DNA of 64,000 nt. Origin: an uncultured delta proteobacterium. GTDB lineage: Bacteria; Myxococcota_A; Polyangia; Polyangiales; Polyangiaceae. This document shows positions 1-11,690 of the stretch, piece after piece (position 1 is the first letter of the stretch; every line of letters starts with the position of its first letter). The DNA is taken from NCBI GenBank assembly GCA_963806225.1, contig CAWDXG010000003.1:32001-96000 (forward strand), in the 5' to 3' direction. The notes beneath the pieces are model-generated. The model was not told the origin of the DNA and did no database searches. It saw only the letters and a program-made list of their open reading frames with translations. A program made the translations under genes and the position numbers.

Positions 1-406
1 GCCCCTCGAGCACGACGCCGCCGTCCGCTCCGGCCGCGCGCTGCATGTCGAGCAGCGCCCGCCGCACCTCCGGAAGAGCACTGACCTTGCTGGCGCCCTG
101 CCCGATGTCCTCGGCGCGGATAGCCGTCGAGACGTCGTGGCCTTCGAGCAGCACGCGCTGCTGCGGCCCCTGCCCCGATGCGAACTGGATGGCATCGCGC
201 GCGGCCAGATCGTGCGCCAGCTCACCCATGGCTCCCTCGTCGCCCCAGTCGATGCCCCGGCGCTGCGCCGCCAGCGCGACACAACGGTACAGCGCGCCGG
301 TGCCGACCAGCACGTAGCCGAGCCTCTCGGCGACACGGCGCGTGACGGTCGTCTTGCCGGCGCCAGCCGGCCCGTCGATGGCCACGGCGGGCCGCGTGCG
401 GCTCAC
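1..406 (-). CDS. cmk: Cytidylate kinase, 5' part (runs off window start)
   Basis: Manual translation from GTG at 406 gives MSRTRPAVAIDGPAGAGKTTV (Cmk P-loop). The start overlaps the aroA stop (GTGA). Confidence 0.9.
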   Translation of the reverse strand, partial: MSRTRPAVAIDGPAGAGKTTVTRRVAERLGYVLVGTGALYRCVALAAQRRGIDWGDEGAMGELAHDLAARDAIQFASGQGPQQRVLLEGHDVSTAIRAEDIGQGASKVSALPEVRRALLDMQRAAGADGGVVLEG

Positions 407-1759
407 GAGCGCACCTCGACGCGCGCGCCCAGCGCACGGAGCGTCCCGGCGAAACGCGGGAAGCTTGTCGCGATGCAATCCACGTTGTCGATCACGGTCT
501 CGCCGTCCGCGACCAGACCGAGCACGGCGGCGGTCATCGCGATCCGGTGATCGCCACCGCTGTCGACGTGCGCGGCGCTGAGCCGCCCTTCGCGGCCGTC
601 CTTCCACCAGGAGACCGTCCTCGCGCTCTTCGGCCTCGACGCCGAAGCGGCGCAGAAGCCCGACCATCAACGCGATGCGGTCGCTCTCCTTGACGCGCAG
701 CTCCGCCACGTCGGAAAACGCGCTCGTACCCTGCGCGCGCGCTGCAAGCGCGCACGCGATCGGGATCTCGTCGATCGCACGCACCGCCACCTCGCCGCCC
801 ACCGGGGTGCCGTGGAGCGCGCCGCCCGCGCGCCGTGATCTCGCCCCAGGGCTCGCCCAGCGTCTCGCCCTGCGGCGTGGTCCCGACATTGCCGCCGAAC
901 AGGCGCAAGAGCTCGAGGATCCCCGCCCGTGTCGGGTTCAGCCCGTGTCGCGCACGGTGACCTGGCTGTCGTCGACCAGCGCCGCCGCCACCAGCAGGAA
1001 TGCCGCCGCGGACAGATCGCCGGGCAGGTCGATCCCGAACGGGTGGATCGCATCGGGATCGGCCGGCGGGTGCAGGCTCACCGTCGGTCCGGCCGTCTCG
1101 ATCGGCATGCCGAGTGCCCTCAGCATGCGTTCGGTGTGATCGCGCGAGACCAGCGGCTCGCGGAGCAGCGTGGGACCCGACGCGAACAACCCGGACAGCA
1201 GCAGCGCACTCTTCACCTGCGCGCTCGCGATGGGCATCGCGTACTCGAGCGGCGCGAGCCGCGTCCCGTCCGGCAGCGGCCCGATCATCGAGCGGCGCGG
1301 TCAGGATCCTGCGGCCGCGTCGGATGCGGCCGGCCTTCGATGATCGCGCCGCGGGCCCGGAGCGGATGCACGACCCGCCCCATCGGCCGCCGCGACAGCG
1401 ACGCATCGCCGACCAGCCGCGTACGGAAATGCTGCGCGGAGAGCACGCCCGAAAGCAGTCGCATCGTGGTGCCCGAGTTGCCGCAGTCGAGGTCGCCCGA
1501 CGGCGCCGACAGTCCGGCAAGCCCGACGCCGTGCACGGCGAGCGTGCCGCGTCCGTCGTCTTCCACCTCGACGCCCATCGCGCGGAACGCCGCGAGCGTG
1601 GAGACGTTGTCCTCGCCGTAGGAGAAGCGGCGGAGCTCCGAACGGCCGGCGCCGAGCGCCGCCAGGATCAGCGCGCGGTGGCTGATGCTCTTGTCGCTGG
1701 GCACCGGCACGCTGCCACGCAGCGGCTTGTCCGCCGGAGCGCACGACCAGCCGCGTCAC
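403..1759 (-). CDS. aroA: 3-phosphoshikimate 1-carboxyvinyltransferase (EPSP synthase), frameshifted in this sequence
   Basis: Motifs across frames: PSDKSISHRALIL, DCGNSGTTMRLL, GDASLSRRPM, ASAQVKSALLL, SRDHTERML, PGDLSAAAF. Confidence 0.92.
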
Positions 1760-2806
1760 TGCGTCACTTCCGGGCTGCCGCCGAGCCCGGGGTTCTGGGT
1801 CGCCGGGATGACGTTCGGCTGCGACGGCACACCCAGCGCGGTGGCGGCCTTGTCGAGCAGTTGTCCTACCGCCGCCCCGTCGAGGCCCACGACGAACTGC
1901 GCGTCCTGGCCGTGGGCTTCGGCCTGCAGCTGTTTGATCGGCTGGGTGATGCCGACCAGCTGCATCAGCGGGCCCCACGACTGCAGGGTCTGCTGTAGCT
2001 GGAGCAGGTTCGCCGCGCCGGCCTTGGCGCCCTTCTCGTCAGCGTAGGTCAGCGTGCCCGGCGAGGTTCACACCCGGCGGCTGGAAGTTGCCGAGCATGC
2101 GTGCCGTCTCCATGCCCTCGAGGAAGGGCAGCTGCTGCCGCATGGCGTCGGTCACCGGATGCGTGCGCAGATCGAAGCCGGCAACGAACGGCGCGTTCGG
2201 CGTGTCCAGGAGCTTCTTGAACCAGTCGGGCATCTGCTGGGAGACGCGCCCTTCCTGGATGCGGTCGAGCGCCCGACGGATGCCGGTCTCGTCGCCGAGC
2301 AGGACCGTGTGCGACGTCAGCACCACGAAGCCCACCGTGGCCGACGTGTACAGCGTCCGTCCCGCGTAGTTGCTTGCCGTCACCGGCAGCCCGAGCGGCG
2401 TCTTGGCGGTACCGCTGGCGGCTCTGCTCGATGGCCTGCTGGTTGAAAGTCCCGGTCGCCACCGCGACCATGTTCGCACCCGACATGGAGTACGCGCCGA
2501 TGGCCAGCTGCTGGAGGTCCCGCTGCTGGCTCGAAGCCCGCCGAGGCGGGAAACGGCGCCCGCGCCTTGGCGATCTCCAGCAGCTTCTGGCCGAACGGCG
2601 ACGCGAACATCTGCTGGGCGTCGGACCACGACCAGGGCGACGGCTCCGCCGGGCAGCAGCGCCAGCGGATCGCGGTCGATGTCGGCCGCGGTGAGGCCCT
2701 TGCCCGCGGAGGTCTGGACGACGACCTCGTCCTTCTTCGGACAGCCCCCGAGCACCAGCGCCAGCGCGACCAGCAGCAAGAGCGGGATGCGCCGGGGAAC
2801 GTTCAC
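1756..2806 (-). CDS. Hypothetical lipoprotein (frameshifted)
   Basis: Start [22 protein letters not shown] has a lipobox-like signal. The C-terminus matches ORF 1756..1965, whose stop overlaps the aroA start. Confidence 0.65.
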
Positions 2807-3890
2807 CGCGAGCACCTCGCCGAGCGCTTCGAGCATCCGTGTGTTCTCCTCGGGGCGGCCCACGGTGATGCGCAGGCACGTCTCGAGCGGCCCGAGCGGC
2901 CGCACGATGACGCCCCTGCGAAGCATCTTGTCGTACACGTCGCGCGCCGAGCGGCCCACGTCCACGAATACGAAATTCGCCTGGCTGGGAGCGACGTTCA
3001 CGCCCGGCATCGCCCCCAGCGCCTCGAGCAGTCGCGCGCGCTCGCTCTGGTTGATGCGGCGGCTCCGCTCGACGTGCTCGTGGTCGTCGAGCGCCGCCAT
3101 GGCCGCGGCCTGGCCGACGGCGTTGACGTTGAAGGGTGCGCGCACGCGGTTCATGTAGTCGATGAGCTGCGCCGGCCCGACCGCGAAGCCCACGCGCAGC
3201 GCCGCCATGCCGTAGATTTTGGAGAAGGTGCGGAGCACGACCAGCCGTTCACGCAGCCCCCGGAGCTCCAGCGAATCCGGGTAGTCGTCGGCGTCGGCGT
3301 ACTCGATGTACGCCTCGTCCATCACGATGATGACCTCCGGCGGCACCTCGCGGAACAGTTTCTCCACGGCGGCGCGCCCCACATGCGTCCCGGTGGGATT
3401 GTTCGGGTTGGCCACGAACAGAAGCCGCGTCTCCGGCCGCACCGCGGCCGCCATGGCGTCCAGATCGTGCGTGAGGTCGCGCAGTGGCACCGCCGTAGAA
3501 CGGCGTGCCGTGCGCCAGTCGCCGCCATCCTGTAGACGACGAAGGCGGGCTCGGCGAACACGATGTGCTCGGCAGGCGTGGTGAACGTGCGCACCAACAG
3601 CTCGATCAGCTCGTTGGAGCCGTTGCCCTGGATCACCTCGTTCATCGCCACGCCGTGCACCTGGGCGAGCTTCTCGCGCAGGCGGTATGCCGCAGCGTCC
3701 GGGTAGCGGTTGAGCTCGGCCGCAGCGATGCGCGCACGGCCTCGACCGCCTTCGGACTCGGCCCAAGCGGATTCTCGTTGGAAGCGAGCTTCACGGCGTC
3801 GGTGACGCCGAGCTCACGGGCCAGCTCCTCGACAGGCTTGCCGGCCTCGTAGGCACGCAGCGAGTCGATCCCGGGGGTGACTAGACTCAT
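2803..3890 (-). CDS. hisC: Histidinol-phosphate aminotransferase (frameshifted)
   Basis: [55 protein letters not shown]. Confidence 0.92.
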
Positions 3891-3958
3891 GTCGCCGCGA
3901 AGCCTAGCTCGCGACAGACAAACGGAAAACCCAACCCTGGATGGCCGCGGGAAACGGA

Positions 3959-5033
3959 CTAGTCCTGGGTCTGGAACGAGCCCAGGACCTTCAGGTATTT
4001 CGTCGAGCGTTTGACCGCCTCGAGCGCCGTGACGACCGGCCGATCCGTGACGTGCCCGCTGACCTCGACGTAGAACACGTAGTCCCAGCTCTCGCCGCGC
4101 ACGGGGCGCGACTGCAGCTTCTTCAGGTTGATGCCGCGCTCGGCGAAGTGCCTGAGAACGTCGAACAGCGAGCCCGGCGAATCGTCAACGCTGAACAGGA
4201 GACAGGTCGTGTCGTTTCCCGAGCGGATCGCGGGGCGTCCGCTGGCGATGCCGTAACGGAAGCGGAGCTCGGGGGAGTCGCCGATATTCGAGCGCACCAC
4301 CTGGAGGTCGCCCGCACGCCCGCAGGCTTCCGGCACGATCGCCGCCGCGCCGTGATCCTCCCTGGCCAGCTGCGCGGCCACAACGGGAGAGCGAACATCG
4401 ATCACGGTGATCCGGCCCATTTCCGCTTGCCAGGAATCGCTCGCTGGCGGCGTGCGCGGCCGCCGTGGCGTACACCTTGTCGATGTCGGCGACGTTGGCC
4501 GTGCGGCTCATCAGGTCGAGCGTTGCTGGCAGCACACGCTCGGCGACGAACACCAGCTCCGTCTGGGCCAGCGCCGTAATCGAAGGCTGGACCAGCCCGT
4601 CCACCGAGGATTCGAACGGGAGCACCGCGAACACCGCGCGCCCGCGCGACACTTCTTCCAGCGCTTCGCCCGCAGTCGAGCTCACCACCAACGCAGCCGA
4701 CGCTCCGAAATAGCTACGCGCCATCTCGTAGGTGAAGCCGCCCTCGGGCCCCAGATAGGCCACGCGCACCGGCTGCTCGAGCGTGCGCGCTTCGGCACGG
4801 ATCTGGCGGAAGATGGCCTTCAGGCTCTCCGGCGGCAGCTCCCCTTTGGCGGACGCCTGGAGCTTTTCCAGCCACTCGGCCTCGTCGATATCGATCGACG
4901 GCGGCGAGCCCTCCAGACGAACCTGGATCTCGCGCGACAGCTGCGCTCGCGCCTCCAGCTGTTGGACCAGCTCGAGGTCGATCTGCTCGGTTTTCTGGCG
5001 AAGCTCCGCGAGCTCGCGCTGCTCGTCTGCCAT
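3959..5033 (-). CDS. pheA: Chorismate mutase/prephenate dehydratase (P-protein), frameshifted near 4425
   Basis: N-terminal CM helix [16 protein letters not shown], then [11 protein letters not shown] and PFESSVDG, and ACT domain PGSLFDVL...[10 protein letters not shown]...[10 protein letters not shown]. Confidence 0.88.
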
Positions 5034-5053
5034 GTCGTCCCGCCCGGCCGTCG

Positions 5054-5374
5054 CTACGCTGCGGCCGCTCCGGACTTGTTCTTCGTTTCCGTCTTCTTCG
5101 CCGGCTCGCTGGCTTTCGGCTCGCTGGCTTTCGGCTCGCCGGCTTTCGGCGTGCTGGCCTTCGGCTTGCTCTCGCTCGAACCCGCGCTCTTGTTCGAGCC
5201 GTAGCCGTCCGCATACCAACCCCCGCCCTTGAGGATGAAGCCCGCGCCTCCGGAGACCTGGCGCTTGGCCTTGTTCCTCTTGCAGGACGGGCACTTCTTC
5301 AGCGGATCGGCGCTGATGGGCTGTTCCGCTTCCCACTCATGTCCACAAGCGGTGCAAACGTACTCGTATGTCAT
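5054..5374 (-). CDS. FmdB-family zinc-ribbon protein with low-complexity KASEP tail
   Basis: MTYEYVCTACGHEWE...CPSC...FILKGGGWYADGY. Confidence 0.85.
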   Translation of the reverse strand: MTYEYVCTACGHEWEAEQPISADPLKKCPSCKRNKAKRQVSGGAGFILKGGGWYADGYGSNKSAGSSESKPKASTPKAGEPKASEPKASEPAKKTETKNKSGAAAA

Positions 5375-5741
5375 CTGGGGGACCTCACTCCTGGCAGATG
5401 CGTCGGGGGACGCGGGGTGTCAACTGCCGTCGCCCCCGCCGGGGCATGGATCTTGTCCTATCTGGAGTGTGCGCCACTTGTTCGCAGGTTTCCAGTAGTT
5501 CGCATCGAGGCCGCTGACCGGCCTCATGGCCGGTCAGCGCGCTGGCGAGGCTCTTCGCTGGCCGATTTGTGGCCTCGGCGCTTGTAAGCGCGCGTTCAGC
5601 GGTGTACGAGTGTGCAGATACGGGGTGTGACCATACAACACGTGTGGTGACGCTAGCTCCGGACTCCGCTGCACAGGCGAGCGCCGAGGCCCTACGCTGC
5701 TATTCCAAGGCAGACCGGGCCCGGTCGTCGAGGACATATCG

Positions 5742-8700
5742 ATGCACATCAAGAAGCTGGAGATCGCCGGATTCAAGTCCTTTGTGGACCGCACGGTGAT
5801 CCACTTCGATCACGACGTGGTGGGCGTGGTCGGGCCCAACGGCTGCGGCAAGTCGAACATCGTGGATGCCATCCGCTGGTGCATGGGCGAGCAGAGCGCC
5901 AAGCACCTGCGCGGCAGGTCGATGGAGGACGTCATCTTCAACGGCTCCGAGAGCCGCGGCCCGCACGGCCTGGCGGAGGTGACGCTCACCTTCGACAACA
6001 CCGACGCGGCCTACGCCGAAACCCTGCCGCCCGAGTACAAGGACTACGCCGAGATCGCCGTCACCCGCCGGCTATTCCGCGACGGGACCAGCGAGTACCT
6101 CATCAACAAGACGCAGGTGCGCCTGCGCGACGTGACGGAGCTGTTCCTCGGTACCGGCGTCGGGACCAAGGCGTATTCCATCGTCGAGCAGGGCCGCATC
6201 GGACAGATCGTCAGCGCGCGCGCCGAGGATCGCCGGATGTTCCTCGAGGAAGCGGCCGGCATCACCAAGTACAAGCAGCGCCGCAAGCAGGCCGAGCGCA
6301 AGATGGACCTAACGCGGCAGAATCTGCTGCGCATCAACGACATCGTCGTCGGAGATCGACCGCACGCGCGGCTCGCTAAAGCGGCAGGTCGCCAAGGCGG
6401 AGCGCTTCCTCCTGTATCGCAGCGAGCTCGAGGATCTCGCGCTGCACGAGGCTTCGCACAAACTGCTCGAGCTGATCGTCACCGAGCGCGTCGAGCACGA
6501 CGGCCTGGCCACGTCACGCGAACAGGCCGACGCCTTCCGTGCCAGGCTGTCGGAATCCGAAACGGCGCTGGACACCGCGCGCGGCGAAGCCACCGCCATC
6601 GAGGAGCGGGCCGAACAGGCCTCCCGCGAAGCCTTCGAGGCGGACAACGAGGTGAGCGGCCTCGCCGCGGAAATCGAGCGTTCACGTGATCGCCTCGGGC
6701 ACCTGTCGGAACGACTCGCAGCCGACCAGGAGGAGCTCGAAAAGGTCGTCGGCCGCATCACCGAGTTGCGCCAAGAGGAAGTCGACATCGCCGCGCGCAT
6801 CGAGCAACTCGCCGGCGACGAACGCGCACGGCAGGCGGACGCCGAGACCGAGGACGAAACCCTCGCCGCGCTGCGCTCGGAAGAAGAGGAGGCCGCCGCG
6901 AAGGTGCAGGAGCTCCGACAGAAGCTCTCGTCGGACCGCACCCAGGCCGCCGCGGTGGAAGCGCGGATCGACGGCATGTCCCAGCGCATCCGCGAGGCCC
7001 GCTCGCGGCGCGATCGCCTCGGCGACGAGCGCCAGACGCTGCTGGGCGAGCTCGGCGATCTCGAGGCGCGCAAGCACGCCCTGGAGCGCAGCGTGGCCGA
7101 GCTGGCCGAGGGCAAGCGCCTCACGGCCCAGGAGCGCGAAGCGCTGGAGCAGGAGATGCACGAGCTGCGCAGCCACCAGCTGGACAGCGAACGTGCCGTC
7201 GATGTTGCGAAAAACGAGCTCTCGCTCAAACGCAACCGCCTGCGCGCGTTGGAAGATCTGCACCGCCGTCTCGAAGGTGTGGGCGCGGGCGTCCGCGCGC
7301 TGCTGTCGCGCAGCGATCCTTCCGTGCTCGGCATGGTCGCAGACCGCATCGAGGCGCCCGAAGAGCTCACAGCCGCATTTGCCGGCTTGCTGGGCGAGCG
7401 GCTGCAGTACGTGGTGGTGGACAGCACCGCCCGGGGCGTGGAGCTGCTCGACGAGCTCCGGAAGAACGAACGCGGACGCGCGCACATCGTCCAGCAGCGG
7501 CCGCCGTACATTGCGGGCGCAGATCGCGCCGGCGCCGCGCACGAGCTGTCGCTCGGACGGCTCGCCGATCGACTGGAATATGCCGCGGAGGACGAAGCGC
7601 TGGTGCGCGCACTCATTGGTGACGCGCTCCTGGTGGAATCGGCCGAGGATGCGCTCGCGCTGGCGACCGCGCGCCCGGGAGTCACGGCCATCGCGCTCGA
7701 CGGCACCGTGGTCCGACCCGACGGCGTGGTCAGCGGCGGCAGCGGCGACGACGTGGCCTCCGCCATGGTCGAGCAGAAGCGCGAGATGCGCACGCTGGGC
7801 GACGAGGTCGAACGCCTAGCCGCACGCGAAGTCCAGTGCGTCGCCGAGCACAATGCCCTCCGCGCGCGGATGACGGAGGTGGGCACGGCGCTGGATCGCG
7901 CGCGCCAGGGTGCGCACGAGGGTGAGCTCGCCCACGTAACTGCGGAGAAGGATCTCGCGCGCACGGCCAGCGATATCGAGCGCGCCGAAGCACGCCGGCG
8001 CACGCTGGACGCCGAGCTGGCCGAGCTCGAACAGCTGCTGGACAATGCCGCCGAGGAAGAACACCAGTCGCAGATCCAGCTCGACGAGCTGTCCCAGCAT
8101 CTGGACCACGTCGGTCACGAGCTCGCCCGCGCGGAAGAGGACGCCGCTTCACGCAAGGAGCGCGCCGAAGCGCAGGCCGCCCTGGTCACCGAGCGCAAGG
8201 TGCGTCTGGCGCAGGTGCGCGAGCAGGTCGAAGCCGCGCGCGAGGCCGGCGAACGCGTCGCCGCGGCCATCGCCGAGCTCGGCGCGCGTTCGGAGCGGCT
8301 CGAAGAGGAGATGCACGAGGCGGCGACGGGTTTCGGCGAGACCGCCGCGCAGCATCGTCCTGGCACGCGAAGCCCGTATCGGCGCGGCGACCACGGCACA
8401 GGCAGCGCACCAGAGGCTCGCCGAGGAGCGCCAGCTGCTCGAGCAGGTGCGTCACGCGCTCGGTACCCGCGAGGCGGAGCTCCGGGAGCTGCGGGACGAG
8501 CTTTCGGCCCTCGACGAGCGCGTCCGCAAGCACGAGATGGCGCTGCAGCGGATCGAGCTCGAGCGCGACCACCTGATCTCCAACGTGCGCGAGCGTTTCC
8601 GCGGCCTGCATCTGCCGCGCGTGGTCGGGGACTACCATGCCCGGCCCGCTCCGGATGCCGAGCACCGCCGGCGCATCGAAGAGCTGACGCAGCTCATCGA

Positions 8701-9385
8701 TCGCATGGGGCCAGTCAATCTCGACGCCAGCGGCGAGTACCAGGACGCGGAACGCCGCTTCCACGAGCTCAACGACCAGAAGGTCGACATCGAGAAGGCG
8801 CTCGAGGAGCTCGACCGCGCCATCAAGCACATGGATCGCGAGTCGCGCAGGCGCTTCAAGGAAACCTTCGAATCGGTCAACGAGCTGTTCCGCAAGACCT
8901 TCGTGAAGCTCTTCCGCGGCGGACGCGCCGAGCTCAGGCTGACCAATCCGGAGGACCTGCTGGCAAGCGGCGTGGAAATCGTGGCGCAGCCGCCCGGCAA
9001 GAACCTCGGCAACATCGAGCTCATGAGCGGCGGCGAGAAGGCGCTGACGGCCGTCAGCCTGATCTTCGCGATCTTCCAGCACCGGCCTTCGCCCTTCTGC
9101 GTGCTCGACGAGGTCGACGCGCCCCTCGACGAGGCCAATGTCGCCCGCTACAACGAAGCGATCCGCGGCATGACGGATCGTTCGCAGTTCATCCTGATCA
9201 CGCACATCAAGAAGACGATGCAGATGGTGGACGTGCTCTACGGCGTCACCATGGGCGAGCCGGGCGTGTCGCGTATCGTCAGCGTCAAGGTGAACGAGAA
9301 CGCCGTGTCCCGCAGCGAAAGCCGGCCGCACCGCGAGATGGAAGCACCGGCAACCGCCGACGAGCAGAGCACGCAGGTCGCGTAG
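5742..9385 (+). CDS. smc: Chromosome segregation protein SMC (frameshifts near 6350 and 8355)
   Basis: GFKSF, Walker A GPNGCGKSN, coiled coils and hinge, MSGGEKALT signature, LDEVDAPLD, QFILITH. Confidence 0.95.
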
Positions 9386-9417
9386 CCGCGCGCTCGCGCT
9401 CCCCTCGATCGGCCCAC

Positions 9418-9948
9418 ATCGGCATAGGGGCCCGAGGTAATCCCTCGGGACCCCTGCCACACCACCCGGCATGCGCGTCCGCACCGGGCGGTTCGAGGAG
9501 TTGAGGTCACGCGGCGAGCCGGGGGACGCCCAGCTCGTCGAAGTAGCGGATGGGGAAAGCGATGTGGATAGCCATCGCGGAGTTCTTCCACCAGCGCCGG
9601 CCGTTGACCGCCACCTGTGCAGCTACGCGCACGGAGAGACCCCGAGCCCGCAGTTCGCGAATGCTCCAGGTCCACGTCCACCACCCACTTGCGACCGGCC
9701 TGGACGTGCCGCTGCGCTTCGACGACAGCGTCGTGCGCACGGTGACCGGGCCGGAAGCCGTGGCTGTGCTTCGAGAAGTCCGTGCCCGCCGCCGCCTCGG
9801 ATCCGGTTCTTGTATATCGGCCCGCGGTTTCGCTCCCCGCTTCCTTCCCACGGTCGGTCGCCCTCCCGCAGTTGCGGTTCGCTTCGATCGGGATAACCGC
9901 CTCTCGGCCGGACTTCCACCGGCAAGACAGCGCCCATGCTGGGCGCAC
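9418..9948 (-). mobile_element. Class IIC group II intron, internally deleted (531 nt)
   Basis: Minus strand begins GTGCGCCCAGCATGGGCGC (GUGYG). It ends with domain V ACCGCCCGGTGCGGACGCGCATGCCGGGTGGT (CGC triad) and domain VI with a bulged A, then ...CCCCTATGCCGAT. It carries two IEP fragments and follows a terminator hairpin. Confidence 0.9.
9507..9780 (-). pseudogene. ltrA: Remnants of group II intron reverse transcriptase/maturase
   Basis: 9664..9780 encodes DFSKHSHGFRPGHRAHDAV...WVVDVDLE (RT2-RT3). 9507..9662 encodes IRELRARG...WWKNS...YFDELGVPRLAA* (IIC IEP C-terminus). No YADD region. Confidence 0.8.
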
Positions 9949-9984
9949 AAACAACAACGCCCGGACCGCAAGGCCCGGGCGTTG
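9949..9984 (-). terminator. Intrinsic terminator after the MYXO-CTERM gene; target site of the IIC intron
   Basis: Minus strand reads CAACGCCCGGGCC-TTGC-GGTCCGGGCGTTG then TTGTTT, immediately followed by the intron GTGCG. Confidence 0.8.
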
Positions 9985-10032
9985 CTGCGACAATCGGAGC
10001 GCGCCCTTGCGGCGCGCTCCGTGCACTGCGCC

Positions 10033-11370
10033 TCAGCGCTTGTCGCGACGACGACGCTGGAGCAGGATCGCGCCCGCCGCCAGCCCCAGGAACGCGAGGC
10101 CACCGCCCGGGCTACGCGAGTTACCCGGAGTGCTGCACCCGCAACCGCCCGTGTCCTTCGAACCCGAGGGCGTCGTGCCGCCGCCGTCGTAGCCGCCATC
10201 CACGGCGCCGCCGCTGCCGCCGAAGCCGCTACCGCCGGTGCCTGCCCCGCCGCCGGTGCCTGCCCCGCCGCCGGTGCCTGCCCCGCCGCCGGTGCCTGCC
10301 CCGCCGCCGGTGCCAGCCGTGCCGCCGGCTCCAGCCGTGCCGCCGGCTCCAGCCGTGCCGCCGGCTCCAGCCGTGCCGCCGGCTCCAGCCGTGCCGCCGG
10401 TTCCAGCCGTGCCGCCGGTTCCAGCCGTGCCGCCGGTTCCAGCCGTGCCGCCGGTTCCAGCCGTGCCGCCGGTTCCGCCGGTTCCAGCCGTGCCGCCGGT
10501 TCCAGCCGTGCCGCCGGTTCCAGCCGTGCCGCCGGTTCCAGCCGTGCCGCCGGTTCCAGCCGTGCCGCCGGTTCCAGCCGTGCCGCCGGTTCCGCCGGTT
10601 CCAGCCGTGCCGCCGGTTCCAGCCGTGCCGCCGGTTCCAGCCGTGCCGCCGGTGCCAGCCGTGCCGCCAGTGCCCGCGCCACCGTCCGTGGACGTCGAGC
10701 ACGGGTTCGCCGCGCGCAGTGTGGCGTCAGCTGCGTTGGCCAGCTCGAAGTGGTCGGTGCACCAGATGTTGACCATGTTGGGCGCGTTGTTGTCCTCGGT
10801 CTGGACGTCGACCGGCGTGAGCCCGGTGGGCAGACAGGCGGTGGTGCCCTCATAGGTCGCAGCGAGCGTCGCGGTGTCGCTCATGTCGTAGAACGCCAGA
10901 CCGTCGGGGTTGGTGCCGCCGTTCTGGATCCAGCCACCACCTCCCATGGTCATCTCGACATTGCAGGTTTCGCCGCTCGCGGTGGAATCGCAGATCTCGA
11001 TGTAGCCGTCCGATGGGATCGCGACCGTGTCAAGCGGGATGGTGGCGTAGACTTCGCCGCCATCGCACGTGGTATGGCTGCCGTTGATGAGCTGGATGTC
11101 CTTCAACCCGCAGTCACCGAGCTTGTCGCCCGAGCTGAAGCCAGAGGCCTTGAGCTCGATGACTTCGCGCGAATCGGCGTTCACCTGGTCGTAGTCGAGC
11201 TTCGTCCACTCCACCGTGCACGAGCCGGCACTCGCCACCTGCACGTGCTGCGAGGTGGACCCGACACTTTCCGTGGTGTGCTCGCTCGAGCAGGCGGTAG
11301 TGCCTGCACCGAGAGCGATCGCGCAGGGAGCCACCAGCAGCGCCATCCTCCAGATATTCCTGTTCATCAT
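10033..11370 (-). CDS. MYXO-CTERM surface protein with long Gly/Thr/Ala repeat linker
   Basis: N-terminal signal, Cys-containing domain, GGTAGT repeats, C-terminal GGCGC...hydrophobic helix...RRRR. Confidence 0.85.
   Translation of the reverse strand: MMNRNIWRMALLVAPCAIALGAGTTACSSEHTTESVGSTSQHVQVASAGSCTVEWTKLDYDQVNADSREVIELKASGFSSGDKLGDCGLKDIQLINGSHTTCDGGEVYATIPLDTVAIPSDGYIEICDSTASGETCNVEMTMGGGGWIQNGGTNPDGLAFYDMSDTATLAATYEGTTACLPTGLTPVDVQTEDNNAPNMVNIWCTDHFELANAADATLRAANPCSTSTDGGAGTGGTAGTGGTAGTGGTAGTGGTAGTGGTGGTAGTGGTAGTGGTAGTGGTAGTGGTAGTGGTAGTGGTGGTAGTGGTAGTGGTAGTGGTAGTGGTAGAGGTAGAGGTAGAGGTAGAGGTAGTGGGAGTGGGAGTGGGAGTGGGAGTGGSGFGGSGGAVDGGYDGGGTTPSGSKDTGGCGCSTPGNSRSPGGGLAFLGLAAGAILLQRRRRDKR
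10229..10680 (-). repeat. Coding tandem repeat, 18-bp unit (GGTAGT/GGTAGA/GGGAGT)
   Basis: More than 20 near-identical copies of ccagccgtgccgccggtt and variants on the + strand. Confidence 0.95.
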
Positions 11371-11690
11371 TCGCTTGCCCCTTGTTCAATTGGCGACACG
11401 CCTCGGACGTGCCGTAACCAAGACGGGAAACCCCCGAACCTTGCGGGGCGCCTCCCTAGCTGGCTACCACTATTGGGCACAATCCGTGAACAACGCAATC
11501 GTCCAATGAACCGCCGTCCGCAAACCTTCCGACGCGTCGGCTGGCCCGTCTCGGTGGCCGGATGCGCTCCCGGTGACAGCACGCAGACAACTGCCGCCGC
11601 ATACGGCGCCCGACACATGTTCCTGTCGATGCGGAATTCGTGAAACACCCACGCGTTGACCCGTCGATTTCCGCACAGTGCGATCCAGCA

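Noticed and set aside
2039..3766. HisC-lipoprotein fusion
   Set aside because: A signal peptide begins right at the expected HisC end. A one-base indel at about 2806 restores a GTGA stop/start overlap.
9507..9780. Retron, DGR or defence reverse transcriptase
   Set aside because: Fragments lie inside clear group II intron ends with domains V and VI, and no catalytic YADD segment remains.
11397..11412. Sigma-54 promoter for the MYXO-CTERM gene (CGGCACG-N4-AGGC on the minus strand)
   Set aside because: The -12 element is too poor to call in a high-GC background.
9550..11643. Long + strand ORFs over the MYXO-CTERM gene (RAAGSS, QPCRR and VPAVPP repeats)
   Set aside because: These are antisense shadows of the 18-bp repeat. 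The minus-strand frame has the signal peptide and sorting motif.
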